DNA of 64,000 nucleotides from the NCBI GenBank assembly GCA_010405405.1, contig MU004232.1, positions 763,481 through 827,480 on the forward strand, written 5' to 3'. A program made the translations under genes and the position numbers. Origin of the DNA: Microthyrium microscopicum. Lineage: Eukaryota. Positions 1 to 13,682 of the stretch are shown in pieces (position 1 is the first letter of the stretch; each line of letters starts with the position of its first letter). Under the pieces are notes generated by a model. It was not told the origin of the DNA. It ran no database searches and was given only the letters and a program-made list of their open reading frames with translations.

Positions 1-196
1 GTTTGGGTACAAATTACCAGTGAGACGACCCCAGTGTCTTTTCCAATACGTTAGATACGATTAATAATAGGACCAAAAGCTTTCTACGTTTAATTGATAA
101 TTCTAATATGTGAAATGAGCAGACCGAATACTTCTTTAACCTTTACAAAGAGACCGATTGACTACAAATGTGGCCAATGTAGGCCACGGGTAATAA

Positions 197-3100
197 CTAG
201 TCTATGTTCAAGCGACCAAACTGCTGCTCAATTGACTCTGCTCGCTGCACACCTTCAACAGGTTGATGATGCGCTCCCCCTACATGCTCTCCACACTCTG
301 GACAGAGAGCTTGTTGCATTGGCATTCCGCATTCACCGACCGTAAACGGATGCCCGTTCACGCACGTATACCAATGTCTATATTGAGATTAGAGCATAGT
401 CACTAGATGTAAAAGAGAAAGGACTTACCCTGTGCCTAAGAACTCTGTACGCATGGCCTGATACACAGCGCGCATTTCATCGCTTGTCACTGGCTGGTAG
501 AACACACCGCCGTTGAGAGCTATGTTGACGGCATCGATCATTTCACGTAGACCCGATGTACTGCCAGAAATTTTCTTCATGGCCTCTTCCGCTTCTGTGA
601 TGTGTTTTTCGCCTTGACCTCGCAGCTCATTGCGCTTGTCGTTTTCCACATAGGACATCCACAGCGCAATATATTGCGCAGCGAAGATATGTCCTTCAGT
701 GAGTTGAAGTGGCATGAATGCATTTTGAGCGGCAGCAATCAGTTTTTCACAGCCCTCCACGTTGCGCTTCAGGTTTACTGATATGTCTCCCATCAGCGGA
801 TGCGCAGGACCTTCTTTTCGAACCTCCAACGTGTCTTGAATGAGAAACAGCTCACAGCGAACAAGAAGAGCATGGACTTTGACTTCCATGCCAGTCTGGA
901 TCAGCTCTGGCTGCATTTTGAGCTCGTCGACAGTTCCACCTTGAGCACGTAAGGTCTCCACTCGATCATGAACACGTTTGAAAGGCTGCTCGTCAACGGA
1001 AACTTGCTTCTTAAATCTCCAGAGCTCGCCGTGAAGCTTCAGCATGTCGGCATGTCGACGAGCACCAAACTTACGGAGCCTATTCATTTGCTGATCCGGA
1101 AGACCCTGAAGAACGATTGGGCCACTGAGATACGGTCGGACATAAGCTGTGATGTCAGAGCCGGCAGCGCTCGGAGTTTTAGCAAGATTGTCTTGTTCGT
1201 CATAATATCGTTCCATGAACCCCGCGAGTTTCGAATTGGAGTCTGAGATGAACTTCTTGGTTACTTCGTCCAGGAAGGCTCGTCGCAGAATTCGCGAATA
1301 TCGGTTGATAGTGCCAAGGAAACCACGACAGTACATGCAAGCCTTCATCTCTTTGACCGAGAAAGGTGTCGATGTAGCGAGAATAGCCTTGATGTTGTGG
1401 CCCTCAACTTCATAATGTGTGCTCATTTCCATCCAGCCGTCCAGCGTCTGCACCGTGTACAGGTGGCCGCAGGGCGCAACAATTACCGGGCTTTCTTCGA
1501 GATTGATCTCCCGGTATGTTCCATGCTCGATTTGATCTACCACTTGATCTTTGACTGTATCCTCGCTACAGACCTGGCAAAACTTCTTGCCTGGACATGG
1601 TTCAGAGCATAGAGACGGACACTGATGGCCACAGTCAAGCAGTTTATCGCATCTCTCGGAGCATGGAAGGTTGTTGCATGGCGCTGCGCAAGGCATGGAG
1701 CAATTGTTGCCATGATCACATCTGTTTGTACAGTCTTCTGCTACGCATGGTGCACATGGAGCAGAGCATGGCTTTGGGCAACGAGAATGTGAACAACGAG
1801 TCGCGCAAGGGGCCTCGCATGGCGGACAAGGAATCTCACCATGACATTTCTTGCGGCAAGAATGACCACAAGCGTAGTCGCGTCCACATACCTTGTCGCA
1901 CTGTGTATGGTCCGTTTTACCGTATTTCTTTCGACACAGGTGACATGCCTTATTGCAGGTATGGCCGCATGGGAGTGGTGTAGAGCAGCGAGCATTGCAT
2001 TTGAAGTCCTGAGCATCAAGCTTAACGTGACAATCGGTTTCGATGGAGTGTAAACAACCAGGGACGACCTTAGTCACTCTGACTTTGCACTTATATCGAT
2101 CTGGTTCTTCAGCGTATCTGCACTCCAGCGTATCGATATGATGTCCGCAAGGAAGAGCAAAATCATCCGCCATGCCGATTGGAACTTTACAGTCCTTTTC
2201 ACATGGCTGCCAGCATTGCTTGGGGCATACATGTTTGCATTTGAGTTGCTTGGGACATGGTTCTAGACATCGAACAGCGGCGTGCATCACGTCGCTATGA
2301 CAAGCTCGTACGCAGACGTGTCCGCATTCCAGGCGCTGGTGACATGGGAGTTTGCAGCCGCCCTCTGGACTAAACATAGCAAAATCTTCTGGATTGCTGA
2401 CTTGGATAGGAGTGTTTGGATGTCGTGGACAGGCAAGCTCCAAGGATGTTCCCACTAGGCCCTCCGCCTCGAGAGTTCGAAGGGTCTGATCCCAAAACGG
2501 GACTGTTCTTGCCGTTGTTGCATTTCCTATGATGTACATTCCGTGCTTCGCTCGAGATAACAAAACGTTGATGCGATTGCTAGTCCGAAGAAAACCGACT
2601 TTGCCTTCGCGGTTTGATCGTACGAGCGAGATGACGACTACTTGTGCTTCCTCACCTTGGAAGTTGTCAACCGTTGCTAGTCGTATAGCTTTGGCCATCG
2701 AGATCTTTGCAGTGGTGCTCACAGGAATCTCTTCGGAATCGCTGGTGGTAATTTCTAAACCCTTCTGGACAAGATCCTCTTCATCACGATCAGAGACAAC
2801 GATCTCGAATTGCGATTGCATACGCTCTCTGAGGCGCTGGAGTTGTCCGAGATCTATGTTATTAGCTTAGAGTGAACGCATGATCATTCTACCCGGGAAA
2901 TCACTTACAGGGCGTCAGTACAGCAAGATTTTCGCTGCTGTATGTTCCTTGCTTGATCAGATGGCTGACCAGTGCCACTGTCATATCAATTTCATGCTCG
3001 TTCCAGTGTGTCGTGGTTTGTTCATCATCTGCTCCACCTTCGAATTCTGCATGGTCAAGCCAGAAGAGTCGGCGTTTCATACCATTGACCTCTGGGTACT

Positions 3101-6100
3101 GATTGACCTGAGGTGAGTCCTGGAGAGACGGATAGAGCTCCTTCCGAATGAGGCGGGATATCGATGGATGCATTCTCCGCTGCGTCTCCAATGTAGAAAA
3201 CTTTAGCTTTACAGCGCGATAACCCTCAGTTGGCATGACTAGTCGTTCGAAGAGGGAAACATCCAGAGAATATTTCGCGCCTTGCCGGGATTCTCGACTG
3301 AGTTCGTAATTGTCGACTTTTGGTCTCAGTTGCATATGATCACCGATAAGAATGACATGCTCAACAGACGGAAGAAACGATGTGATCGTATGAGACTCAA
3401 GCAGCTCACCCGCTTCTTCGATGACAATGACCTTAGACGACAAACGACGCAGGAGCTCAAGATTGCGAGCTAAGCCCGTGCTGGTAACTCCAATGATCGT
3501 GGCTTGCTGAAGGCAGCGGAATCTCTGTTCGCTACGAAACCTATCCAGTTTTCTCCGCGCCACGACGAAGTCCTTCAAGCTGGCACATAATTTTGGTATA
3601 AGCTTCTCTTTTACTTGCATTGCCCATTGTTGACGCTGCTCTTGTCGAATAGGAGCTCTCGATAGCCATTTCTCAAAAGCCTTGTCCCTATGAATTGTCA
3701 GTGAAGATCAATCTCTGGCACCTAAACTACCAAAACCAGACATCGTACATCATGCTGCTCCGTTGCTAACGGAATTTGTTCAAAGCCAATAGTGGGTCAA
3801 CATTATTAGAGTATCCGTGGGCACTCAACCCATGAAATGGTATTAACAATAGTCCAACTTACTTATTCTTGGGCGCCCCAGCTGCTTGGAAGCCATCGTC
3901 ATCTGGAGCATTCTCCACAAGCTGAGAAAGATCTGGATATATTTGCTGTGCTAAGGCTTTCACAGAATCCCAGTAACCGGATCTGGCAAGCTTGGCTGCG
4001 AGGTGCTCCAATTTCTCCTTGTGGGCTGTAATATCCGATGTGATGCCATAGATGGTAGAATTTTCCTGCGTGGTCCTGGAACCTTGACTACGAACAACCT
4101 CATTCAAATTGAGCGGTGCCAGAAGTTCGGATTTGGATCGTGAGCCGATACGGATCATCTGCTCGACCCCAGCATGGTGAAGATGTTCCAGTAACTGGTC
4201 AAGAGCATGGTTTGTGTAGCATACAGTCACGATTGGCCCTAGCTTGGGATTGATTTCAACTGGAAGTCCATCGAGCATCACAGTCTGAAGACGGTTGTTG
4301 TCCAGCAGTGCCTTGATAATCGCGACACCACAATAGGACTTTCCCGTACCTGGAGGTCCCTGGATGCAGGCCAAGCGCGTAGTAAGAGCTGTAACAACTG
4401 CCTGTGCTTGGGCATCATCTAGAGTCGAGCGTGTCTGGAGTTCGGAAATATCAAAGGCCTGGTCTGGGAAGAGAAAAAGATCTCTATCCGGTTCGGTCGT
4501 AAGTCTGCGAAGATTGAAGCGGAACCCACGTGCGCGAGTGTATACGGGCAAGCCAGCTGATACTGCCTCTCCATTCACATTGAGGACCGGTGGTGGTGAA
4601 ATCAAGTCAGCTAAAGGCATGTCTGCAGTCTCCTTCATATTCTGGAGGGCCTTCAGCACGGGCTCGATGGTTGCAACCAGTACACCGGGAAATTCAACCA
4701 GTGAGTATGTTGACTTGGACCCTTTGAGAGGGGGGAAGTGTCGCAGGATGAAGTGAATGTCGTGCATATTTGCTGGCGAGACCAGGGACAAACGAAGTTT
4801 AACTCTATACTGGTCTTCGGGCTCCAAGGTACTTGATAATCTGGCTTGATCCTTGTCTCCTTTGTTATACAAGCGATTTGGTGATGCGACAGTGCACCAC
4901 ACAATATCGCCATCGCCTTCGGGATCAACAAGGCAGACCAAAGCATCAGGAGTCAGGCGTCGACTTTGCTCCCACCAACGTTTGCGGGCCTCTTTGGTTG
5001 AACCGGGCCTTCGGAGTTGCGGTAACTGGTCGAACGAAGTCATGATAATCATGCCATCAGTTTCAGTATACGACTCGACGCGTGGTATCTGAACGTTGTT
5101 GTATACCGTGGTCCGCGGACCAGAGTTACGCAAAGACGGTTTCTGACCAGTCTGGATCAAGCTGATGGCATTTCGGACAGCATCTCGCATACCACCAATG
5201 CTTTCTTCTCTGAGGAGACGGAATTGAAAGTCGAGCAGTCCCGCCAGAGAATCGTCTTGAATGTGCCACTGATCTGGATCCGCCAAGGGGAGATATTCTG
5301 GCCGTAGAGAACGTAATTCAGCTATGGTTGGCATGATGCTGATCTCCGAGATGTCCTCATGGTCATTATCGTGCCGGCCACCGGGTGGATCTTGGTGCAT
5401 TTTGAATCGTGGCGCGTTGCCAGCGACCTCATCGGTGACAGCGCTCTGTACGATGTTAAGCCCCAGGTGTAGACGGCGATCGATCCGCCAAAGATGCTTG
5501 TCCACCTCTGCCTGCGCAGGTTCATCAAGATTGAACGTCTTGGCCTCTGATATAGCCGCAAAGTCTCTCGCAACCCCTTTCAAGGTTTCATTTGTTGCCG
5601 CATCTTCACTACAGTCAAGGAGTTTGGACATGACCACAATAGGTGTAACAAAGGCTTCCGGTTGACCTCCATTACGAGCCTGTTCCACAACGAGGGTATA
5701 TAAGTCTGCGAATCGTATGGAGTTGTGGCCGATATAGGAATAGAGCCTGAAAGACGAATCTTCTAGAAGTGGTGAAGTTCGGACATCTTCATGTGCCAGT
5801 AGTTGGAGCAAAGGCAACACTTCATCCGAATACAACAACGGGTGACGATTGGCTGGTAGGTTTAATACTCGATCGCATAGCTCAAGGATACGTCGAAGAC
5901 CAGCTGCTTTGGCCAGGGCTGTGACTACCGCTTGTAAAGCCGCGTGATCGGCAAGACTGAGTTGAAGTGCTTCTTGAAAAAAAGGACCCAGGCGATTGTT
6001 GAGAGGCTGAATTCCGTGCATTGCTTCTGGAACAAGATTCTGCCATTGGTTTAGCCGACTATAGGTGTCACGAGGTATTTGATGCCGATGGTTGTCGCCT

Positions 6101-6298
6101 CTGGTCTGGTTGTGCTGTCCGTTACCCCCGGTGTTTTCTGAATTCTGTACGTTTTCATGTCTATATCTGCAACTGGCGCCCCGATTGCAGCCTCTCCGAG
6201 TGTTGAAGGCCCAACATATTCCTCTCCTGGTAGACGTTAGCAACCTTAGCTCATTTTGTCCAGCGGATGGGGCATCGGATTTACTGTCTGTGCGCCAT
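197..6298 (-). CDS. ZNFX1/Hrr1-like SF1 (UPF1-like) RNA helicase with N-terminal CCCH finger, NFX1-type zinc fingers and C-terminal RZ-type finger; about 5 exons
   Basis: Walker A QGPPGTGKS, CYTNHALD, IEEAGE, LIGDHMQLRP, QRRMHP and TVDNFQGEE are present. Cys-rich PCGHxC repeats follow, and the last exon has HWYTCVNGHPFTVGECGMPM..CPECG. Short exon 1 (ATG 6298) splices through GTAAAT..GCTAAC..CAG into CWAFNTRRGCNRGASCRYRH. Other introns lie near 3862-3688, 2907-2853 and 427-377. Confidence 0.9.
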
Positions 6299-6786
6299 GA
6301 GGTTGGTGTGAAGGACCTGTTCACGGGATGGTTGTGTTATTGGGTGTAGAATTAGACTGCAAGCTGCAGAGAAGCGCAGAAACGATGGAAGGCCGGAATA
6401 TACGAGATGAAAACAATCGATGAGGGTTGCTGACAGCAAGATGAGGCCGACAGAAAAGGAGGCAGAGTTGGAATCTGGAAGACTGTAGCAGCAGGAAGCA
6501 GACAATGAAGCCCATTTTGCTGACGAACTATGTCGCAATCTAACGGCTAGCTGCCGTGCAAACCAAGAGAACTAGGTAAAAGCAATCGCACGGAAGGTAA
6601 ACAGTCCCGTCGCGTGTTGATAAAAAGGGAAACGGTGCGTCGGTTAGCAACAGCAATCTGCATTGAGGCGTTAGGATGGACCGAACAGATTAGTGCTTTT
6701 CGTCGCGAGCATGAACTATTCTTGTTAATAATTGCATTCAAGATGGGAAGTTCGTGAAAGCTTATAGAAGCTCAATACCACCAAAT

Positions 6787-8978
6787 CTAGTGCGAGTACG
6801 TCCGCATCGGCTTGAATGAAAGCACCCGTTTCGCACCTGATTCTCGTCCAAGAGAGCACGCAACATCTCCTTCGCGTCCAAATCCAACGTACGCACCCAT
6901 TCCAATCTCTGACTTCTCCAGTCCATTTTCCCTCAACAGGCCATACTGTAACCGAGCAGACAATACTTCGTCGTCAGCTACACCTCCAACGCCGTTCCGC
7001 CATGGAAGATCGTCCAGGTTCCGCGTGCGGCTAGCCTGAACGATTGTTGAAAACCGCATATCATGCATGTGTCCTTCGTTCTGTACGATTGCAACTGTAC
7101 CTAGCAGTACTGCGACAATCGAAATTAGGATGGAAATCCCATACACGACCCAAAGTTGCCAAGCGCGATAGACAAACTGGTTGTAATAGCGCGATTTGAC
7201 GCAGGGGTATGTCGCTTCAGGGCCAGTGTTTGCACCGATTGTGCTTTCTTTCTTTGGATCTGCTGCCCAAGCTACACTTAAGAACTGTGGGTTTGATATC
7301 AAGGATATGATCATATTCTCGTATAGGCCTTGAATTTGATCCACTCGGTCAGAGACTGGAAGATAGGAATGCCTGTCGATGAGTGTTGTTCCAACGGCTG
7401 ATGTACTGGCGATGGGCGTAATGGTGTTTGAGAGATTGATAGTGCCATTAATGAAACTTCGCAGCACCGAACCCAATGAATGATATGCGCCTACCATGCG
7501 GTAGTTCTCAACGTCCTGGGGGAAAACATAAGCGCTTGCAGGATTGGCAGTAGTGTTATCCTTAGTACCATCATTGGACAGAACGCCGTGTGCGTACGTT
7601 GTGTTGATGATAGGACCCATGTATTCTCGTTTTAGGACAGTGGTGTTTTGTTGATTGAGCGTGTAGTTGAAGAGCACAGTATAGTTGGTCAAATGATGTT
7701 CACATGAATATATCTTTGGCACGAAGGCATCGGTCCAACGAGGGTCGCTCGAATTGTGTGGGAGTGTTGCATTTCCTGGCGCCAAAACCGATTGTCCTAT
7801 CCAGAGTAACGGCTCTGTCCTGAAGGCACCCAGATTCTTCGGATATGGAGGCTTTTGAACTGGGATACCTGCATCTCCTGCATCTATTTGTATAGGTGCA
7901 TAATCTCCCAGTGACGTTTGTGCGTAGTAACCATACTTTCCATCTGGAAGCAGATAGTTTGTGTCAAAAGGCGCCCCGATATCGGTGAGTTGTGTCGCAT
8001 TTTCATTCCGTCCACTTGCACGTTCTGTGCATTGGTATCCAGGAGCAATGAAATTGAGGGTGTAGCTGCAGTTCCAACCCGTCCCGCATACATCGCCAGC
8101 GATACTCTGGTTTGAAATGACTTTCTGCAGATACGTGCTCAACAGAGCTGTTTGCGAGAGTGCTGGGCTTGGTCCAGTGTAATAATCAAACGTGTTTGGA
8201 TCATTAGGGTCGAGGCCAGTAGTGTTCCACAACGAAAGTGATAATGTCAACATCCCAGATAGTTTAGCTCCATCGCGCCAGTTGTTAGTCGCTTCAGCAT
8301 CGGAATTTATTGTTCGAACGCTAGAACAGACAGTCTCGTTGTTCATGAGTGCGAGCTCTACCGCAAGTGTCGCTGGAGTCAAGATGACAGCAAGTGGCGT
8401 GAGCCTGTTCTCATCAGTCCCATCTTCAAGTGTATGATGTGACTGAAACGCCAAAACATTGAAGAAAGTTAAGTTACTTACCATGCAATTGCCGCCAGAA
8501 AAACTGCGATTTTGGCCTTGGAAAATATCTCCAAATTTGCCAATCCAAACGGGTCGGTTCCAGCTGAGAACAAGCTGTCAATGGCTGAGATCGATAAGGC
8601 CTTTCGGCTACAGGTAGCCCAAACTTGTTGTCGATATGCGACCAAGACAGCTGCAACGAGAGACGCTTTTGTTAAGTATGACAAGGCAGTGCCAGCACGC
8701 ACATATTTGACTTGGCCGCTTGCCTCTTTTCCGACCAGCGAAGCGTAAAGGAAATGATGGGAAAGAGCTCCCGCAATTCCAATAAAAAGAAGCGCATATA
8801 TGATGCTAAATGATCGCCATGAATGACTGACCCATTTCGGTTGATCTGATGGAATAAAGTTTCGTTCCTCAGGAGGATGGTTGAAATGTCCGGTCGTTTT
8901 TGGTGATTCAAGAGTTGGAGTAATCGCCTCTTCCGAAATCTCGGTCACAGCTGTGACTGGCACTTCAGGTTTCCCCAT
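6787..8978 (-). CDS. Fungal membrane glycoprotein of unknown function (N-terminal TM segments, large N-glycosylated domain, C-terminal TM)
   Basis: ORFs 8478-8978 and 6787-8484 are joined by a GTAAGT intron near 8480-8405, giving ..AIAW|LTPLAVILTPATL. Many NxS/T sites; hydrophobic LWVVYGISILISIVAVLLG followed by FSTIV. Confidence 0.75.
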
Positions 8979-10785
8979 GTTTTTTCTGGTTGCCGTTCAG
9001 TTTACGATTTTAGGAGTCGATTTCCAAGGACATACCGAACATCGTGCACTCTGCTGTCGACGTTGCAAGATGTCAAGGTGGAAGAGACTCCCAAGTCGAC
9101 TCCCAACAGCGGGATGCAGCTTTACCAAAAAAAAAAATTGGCCCCCATCGCCTGTAGTGAGCATGTCTAGCCTCCATGTCAAATCTGCAGATGGTGTTGC
9201 GAAATGAAAATAGTGGCGCTTTAGGCGCTCAATATTCGATGTCATTTGTCGACCACGATGTTGTGGCTCTGCAGTCTTTGACCTGCAACTTCGCTTCCAT
9301 CATCCATGGCTTTGGTTTTTCACATCTAAACAACTGGTTCCGTGATCGAACTGCCAGATACTCTGGACGTGGACATTCTTTCCAAAAATGCTGGCTTCAT
9401 ATCCCTCTCCAGGTTCGAGATCCAGTCGCTTGACCAGCCAAGCCAGCCAACCAACTCATCAAAAGGACTCATTTTCAAGGTTGTACCGACTCCCCGAACA
9501 GGTTGGGCAGACAGACTGCGTGAAACTTTGCCCGACATCGTTGTCAGGTCTACAATAGCCAGTTTTGCTACGGATAGAGCCGTTGAAGGCGCCTTGCGGG
9601 GGTTTCTTTGTCCAATATTTTATGCAATGTTCCAATCTTTTTGTCACGTCCATGATGCCACAGCTTCCATCGTCTTGAGGAGGGGAAAAGCATACTTCCA
9701 TCTGAGACCCACGGATGATAGAAGTTCATTTGCCCTGCAAGTAGTCGCATGGACTGTCTGTTCTTTGAGTTGCTCCGCAGAAGTCTTCGTTTGATGAAGT
9801 TGGAAGCAATTGGATGCGGGGAATAAGGGGGCTGAAAAACTGGCGGCTCAAAAGTGACAACAACCAGGCTCTACGGAGTAGACCATGGCCCCCCATCTAC
9901 GATATTTTTGGGGTCCAAAATACTTGTGTAAGACAAAATGATAGAACGTCTCATTATGCAACAATGTCTTCACTAAGCAACAGTAATCTGAGAGGTACCT
10001 CAAATCTTGCCATGCATCTCCTACAGACGTCATCCAATTCTTGTACTTCCAGCTTCATGTGGTTGAGTGGATGGATTCCAAAATTATGTTCCAGTTCCAA
10101 TTTCAGTAGAGCCAGTAGAGCCAGATCAAATTCCAGTGGTGTATGCCATGAAATCTATGCCATGCTGGTAAGGCTGGGCCGGTTCGTGTGAGTCTGATGA
10201 TTTCGCTTCGCAGGCGCTGACAAGGCAGCCATCAAGTAAAGACTGAGTAGAGTAGATTCTTCTAAGATTGAGATACAAATTCTTGTCATGCCCTACTAAC
10301 AACTATACTCCTCTTCTGTGATAATATGGCAACTGGATAACGTGTTGGTGGGTCAAAAGAATAGGGTTTCTTTAGTCTGCTGCATTTCATATCGCTTATC
10401 ACGATAATGGTGAGCTGGCTTTGATGACATGGCCTTCTGGATTCTTGATCGAAAACTTGTTCGTTCCATCAGAGAGAAATAAATACCCATAAACAGTTTG
10501 AAAATCGAACATGGCTTCAGATTTGGGCTCACAAGCTTGAAGTGACGATTCTCGAGGGCTTCAATTGGTAACCCATCACAATGGTGCCAATAGAACGCCC
10601 ACACCTCACCACCAATGGAGTAGAAAACACGTATTGTCCCATGATGGGCAGGTAACGAGTGAAAACTTCTCCTCGTCTGTGCCCACTGTCAATTCTTCAA
10701 TATTCCAACATCAGTTTGGAACTGCGCTTCATCAAAGAAGCTTGCAAGTGACCATCAAACCTCTCGAAACCCATACCACACCACC

Positions 10786-11515
10786 ATGAAGATCTCCATA
10801 CCACTCGTCTTCGCCGCTGTGGCAACAGCCCTTCACATCCCCACCACCCCATCCCAAACCACAACCTCCCTCGCCCGCGAGCAAACCCTCCTGGAAGAAC
10901 TCTCCAACCAAACCACCACCACCAAACCACTCCAACCCCGTGCCGCTCTCATAGGCTATGGCTGGAAATGCCACAACGACACGCGAATCAAAGACGACGA
11001 CCGCCGACATCTAGAATGGTGTATCAAAGATCTCTTCCACCGCGGAACGCTCGGCCACAAAGGACTCTGTGTCGTCTGGCACGGGGAGATGGACCCAGTA
11101 TGTGAACGCGGACCTGTCAAGGTCGCGATGCGCAAGTTGGCTATTTCGCCGCCGGATATGGGTGGTAGTTTGAGTCCTAGCTGCACGTTGATTGCGAAGA
11201 CGTTGCAGACGATTTACAATAGGTGTGGATTGAGAGGCGGGTAAGTCTAACATTTTCGTTTTGCTGTTATTTTGCGTTGTGTTTATTGTTATGTTGGTAT
11301 TATCGATGCGTACGAGATGAGAGGGAGGTGATATATACTAATGATGCTGTACTAGATCGATGGGCGCTATGCCGTGGCATTTACCTGGTCATACGCTGGA
11401 TTTGGTGGTTAGTTATGGTACTGAGTGGCCTAAAAATCCGAATCCAATTGTGGATTTTCACAACGGGGTTGTACCAAATAATGGCGAAATTCAGGGATCT
11501 ACTTGGGCCGAGTAG
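10786..11515 (+). CDS. Small secreted Cys-containing protein (effector candidate), 2 exons
   Basis: Signal peptide MKISIPLVFAAVATAL, Thr-rich pro-region ending LQPR, 6 Cys. Intron GTAAGT 11241 to TAG 11355; exon 2 is open to TAG at 11515. Confidence 0.7.
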
Positions 11516-12068
11516 TGGAAATCGGTGCTCGACTTGATTCAACCTTGAATTTGGATATAGATATATGCTTTGGGTTTTGGTACTGCAATGAAATACACTC
11601 ACACACAAAGCTATCGCATGTAGTAATTCCGCCCAACTGGCAACCACAGCACCGTAGTGAGTTGAGATAACAGAAGTGGATTCCGCCCGCTCCAGCGTCT
11701 CTTCGTAAGCAGTATGTAAGTTAGGCACATGGTAAACTCAGGAATGAATCTTATAGCATCGGACAAACTATATGGGGCAAAAGACAAGGACCAACTCAAC
11801 AGCCACCCCGGTGATATAGATTGACTCTTTATATAAGGCTGACCTGACCGACCTATCACGAGCCAGCTTATAGTCTGGTTAAACGTCAATTGGCTGCACT
11901 CTTCAACGAACATATAGTGTGTACGAGAACTTATCGAACCATCGCATTGGTCGTAAAATGAGACGGAGATATCAGCGTCGTAAACATGGGATTTTGATAT
12001 AAGTCGCGGTCCCCGCGAAGCTAATCGCCAAGTCTTCCTTGTGTGTCTGCTATCCATCTACAGTAACA

Positions 12069-13643
12069 ATGAAGGCACCCGTCTACATAGCCGTGCTGGC
12101 TCATCTGGCTACCGCCGCGACGTTGCCAAAACTCTATGAACCACTGCAGCGGCGACAGGCAGCTGCTGGCAGCGCGAATGGCACCACCACCACCACCAAG
12201 GGCGACGGAGCGACTGCGCTAGCGAGTGCTGTAGGCATAATATCCAACATGACCCAAGGCATGCTCGGAGGAACAGGAACAATCGGCGGTTTTATATCAG
12301 GATATAGCATCGCGTCCATGTTCGTCACGGCCTTGAACTGTAAGTCTCGTCCTTATACCACCACCACCACATCACATCCTGTCGACTCCAACTCACAAAC
12401 CTCCCACCAGTCCCATACGGCAAACCCTACATGTCCCCAGGCACCCTCCCAACCAAAGAGCAAGTCGCGCCCACGCACCCCGAAGTCCCCGGCTCCAAAA
12501 CCGTCAAAATGCGCTACGGACCCTACAAAGTGCCCAGCATGGGCGTAACCACCACCACACTGACCGGCAACGAGGAGGGCATGTTGTGGAATTATCCGGA
12601 TACGAATATTCAGAAACCGTGTGATGATTGTATGATTACGGGGATTGTGGCGGAGTATGAGTATTTGAATGGGACAAAGGCGAATATTGATAGTGGGCAG
12701 TGGTTGCATCATGTAAGTGCTGATGGTATGGGACATGAAGAGGGAAGAGGATTGGTGGGAAGTGGGAGGGAGTAAGGCTGACGCGGTTATAGATCGTTCT
12801 CTTGAGCTCGAATTCGCGCGCAGATCCAACGTGTGTTGGCAAAGGAACGTCGTTGCCGCATTGGGTTGTTGGGTTTAATCCTTCGTCTTCGGAACGGTTT
12901 TGGGCTTCTGGGAATGAGCGCACGCCAATCAATTTTCTGTCCTGGGGGATCAAGGATGCTGGATACAGAATGGCGAAAGGAGATGTCATGTCCATGATTG
13001 TGGATCTCATGAACATGAGCATGCAGGCCCAAACCGTCTACGTGGTCATCAAGTTTGACTACTTTGAGGGTAAACCCGCTGGTATGAGTGAAGTCAAGCC
13101 AGTCTGGCTTGATGTGGACCAGTGCGGGTTCTCAGAGGCAAAGGTTAAGAGCCAGACGGGCGCGTATAAGGTTGTCTCAATTCCGTGGAAGAGTACCATC
13201 AATGGAGAGATTTTGGGCATGGGTGGTAAGTTCCAAACAAAATCCCGAGTCTTTGGAAGGTGGTTTGCTGAAGTTTGATAGGACATATCCACGATGGCGG
13301 CACACGAGCACTCATTAAAGTCGACGGCAAAGTTGCTTGCGACAGCAAAGCCGGCTACGGCGAAAAGCCAGAATACGTTTCAGCACCAGGTGGCCATGCG
13401 ATGGGCAAGTCCAGCAAGCCGGCAGAAGGTCATTCACATGCTGAGCCAGGCAAGCCGCATATCAGTAGCATGATTGCTTGTTATCGGGGCATGGACGAGC
13501 TCAAGGAGACGAAGATGACGGTCGGACAGAGTTGGACTGTTGAAGCGCATTATGATTATTCGCAGTTTGCTGGGGCGACACATCCTAGTGGATTGCAAGA
13601 GAACGTTATGGGCATTGCGCTTATGTATGTCAGGAAGACGTAA
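12069..13643 (+). CDS. Secreted protein with PHM/copper-monooxygenase-like His/Met motifs; multi-exon
   Basis: Signal peptide MKAPVYIAVLAHLATA and LQRR. Exons are in ORFs 12039, 12431, 12802 and 13275, with GTAAGT donors at about 12340, 12713 and 13226. Motifs WLHH, GHIHDGG and ENVMG. Confidence 0.7.
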
Positions 13644-13682
13644 AGTAGCATTCAAATGCCTGCCTATTCGATTTGATGCTTC

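Noticed and set aside
270..285. Suspected frameshift in the G-run of the last helicase exon
   Set aside because: The run has five G on the coding strand, which keeps the frame open (HVGGAHHQPVEG) to the stop at 197.
6299..6324. GTG start of the 821-aa ORF as the helicase start
   Set aside because: An ATG at 6298 plus a canonical intron (GTAAAT..GCTAAC..CAG) gives a better model.
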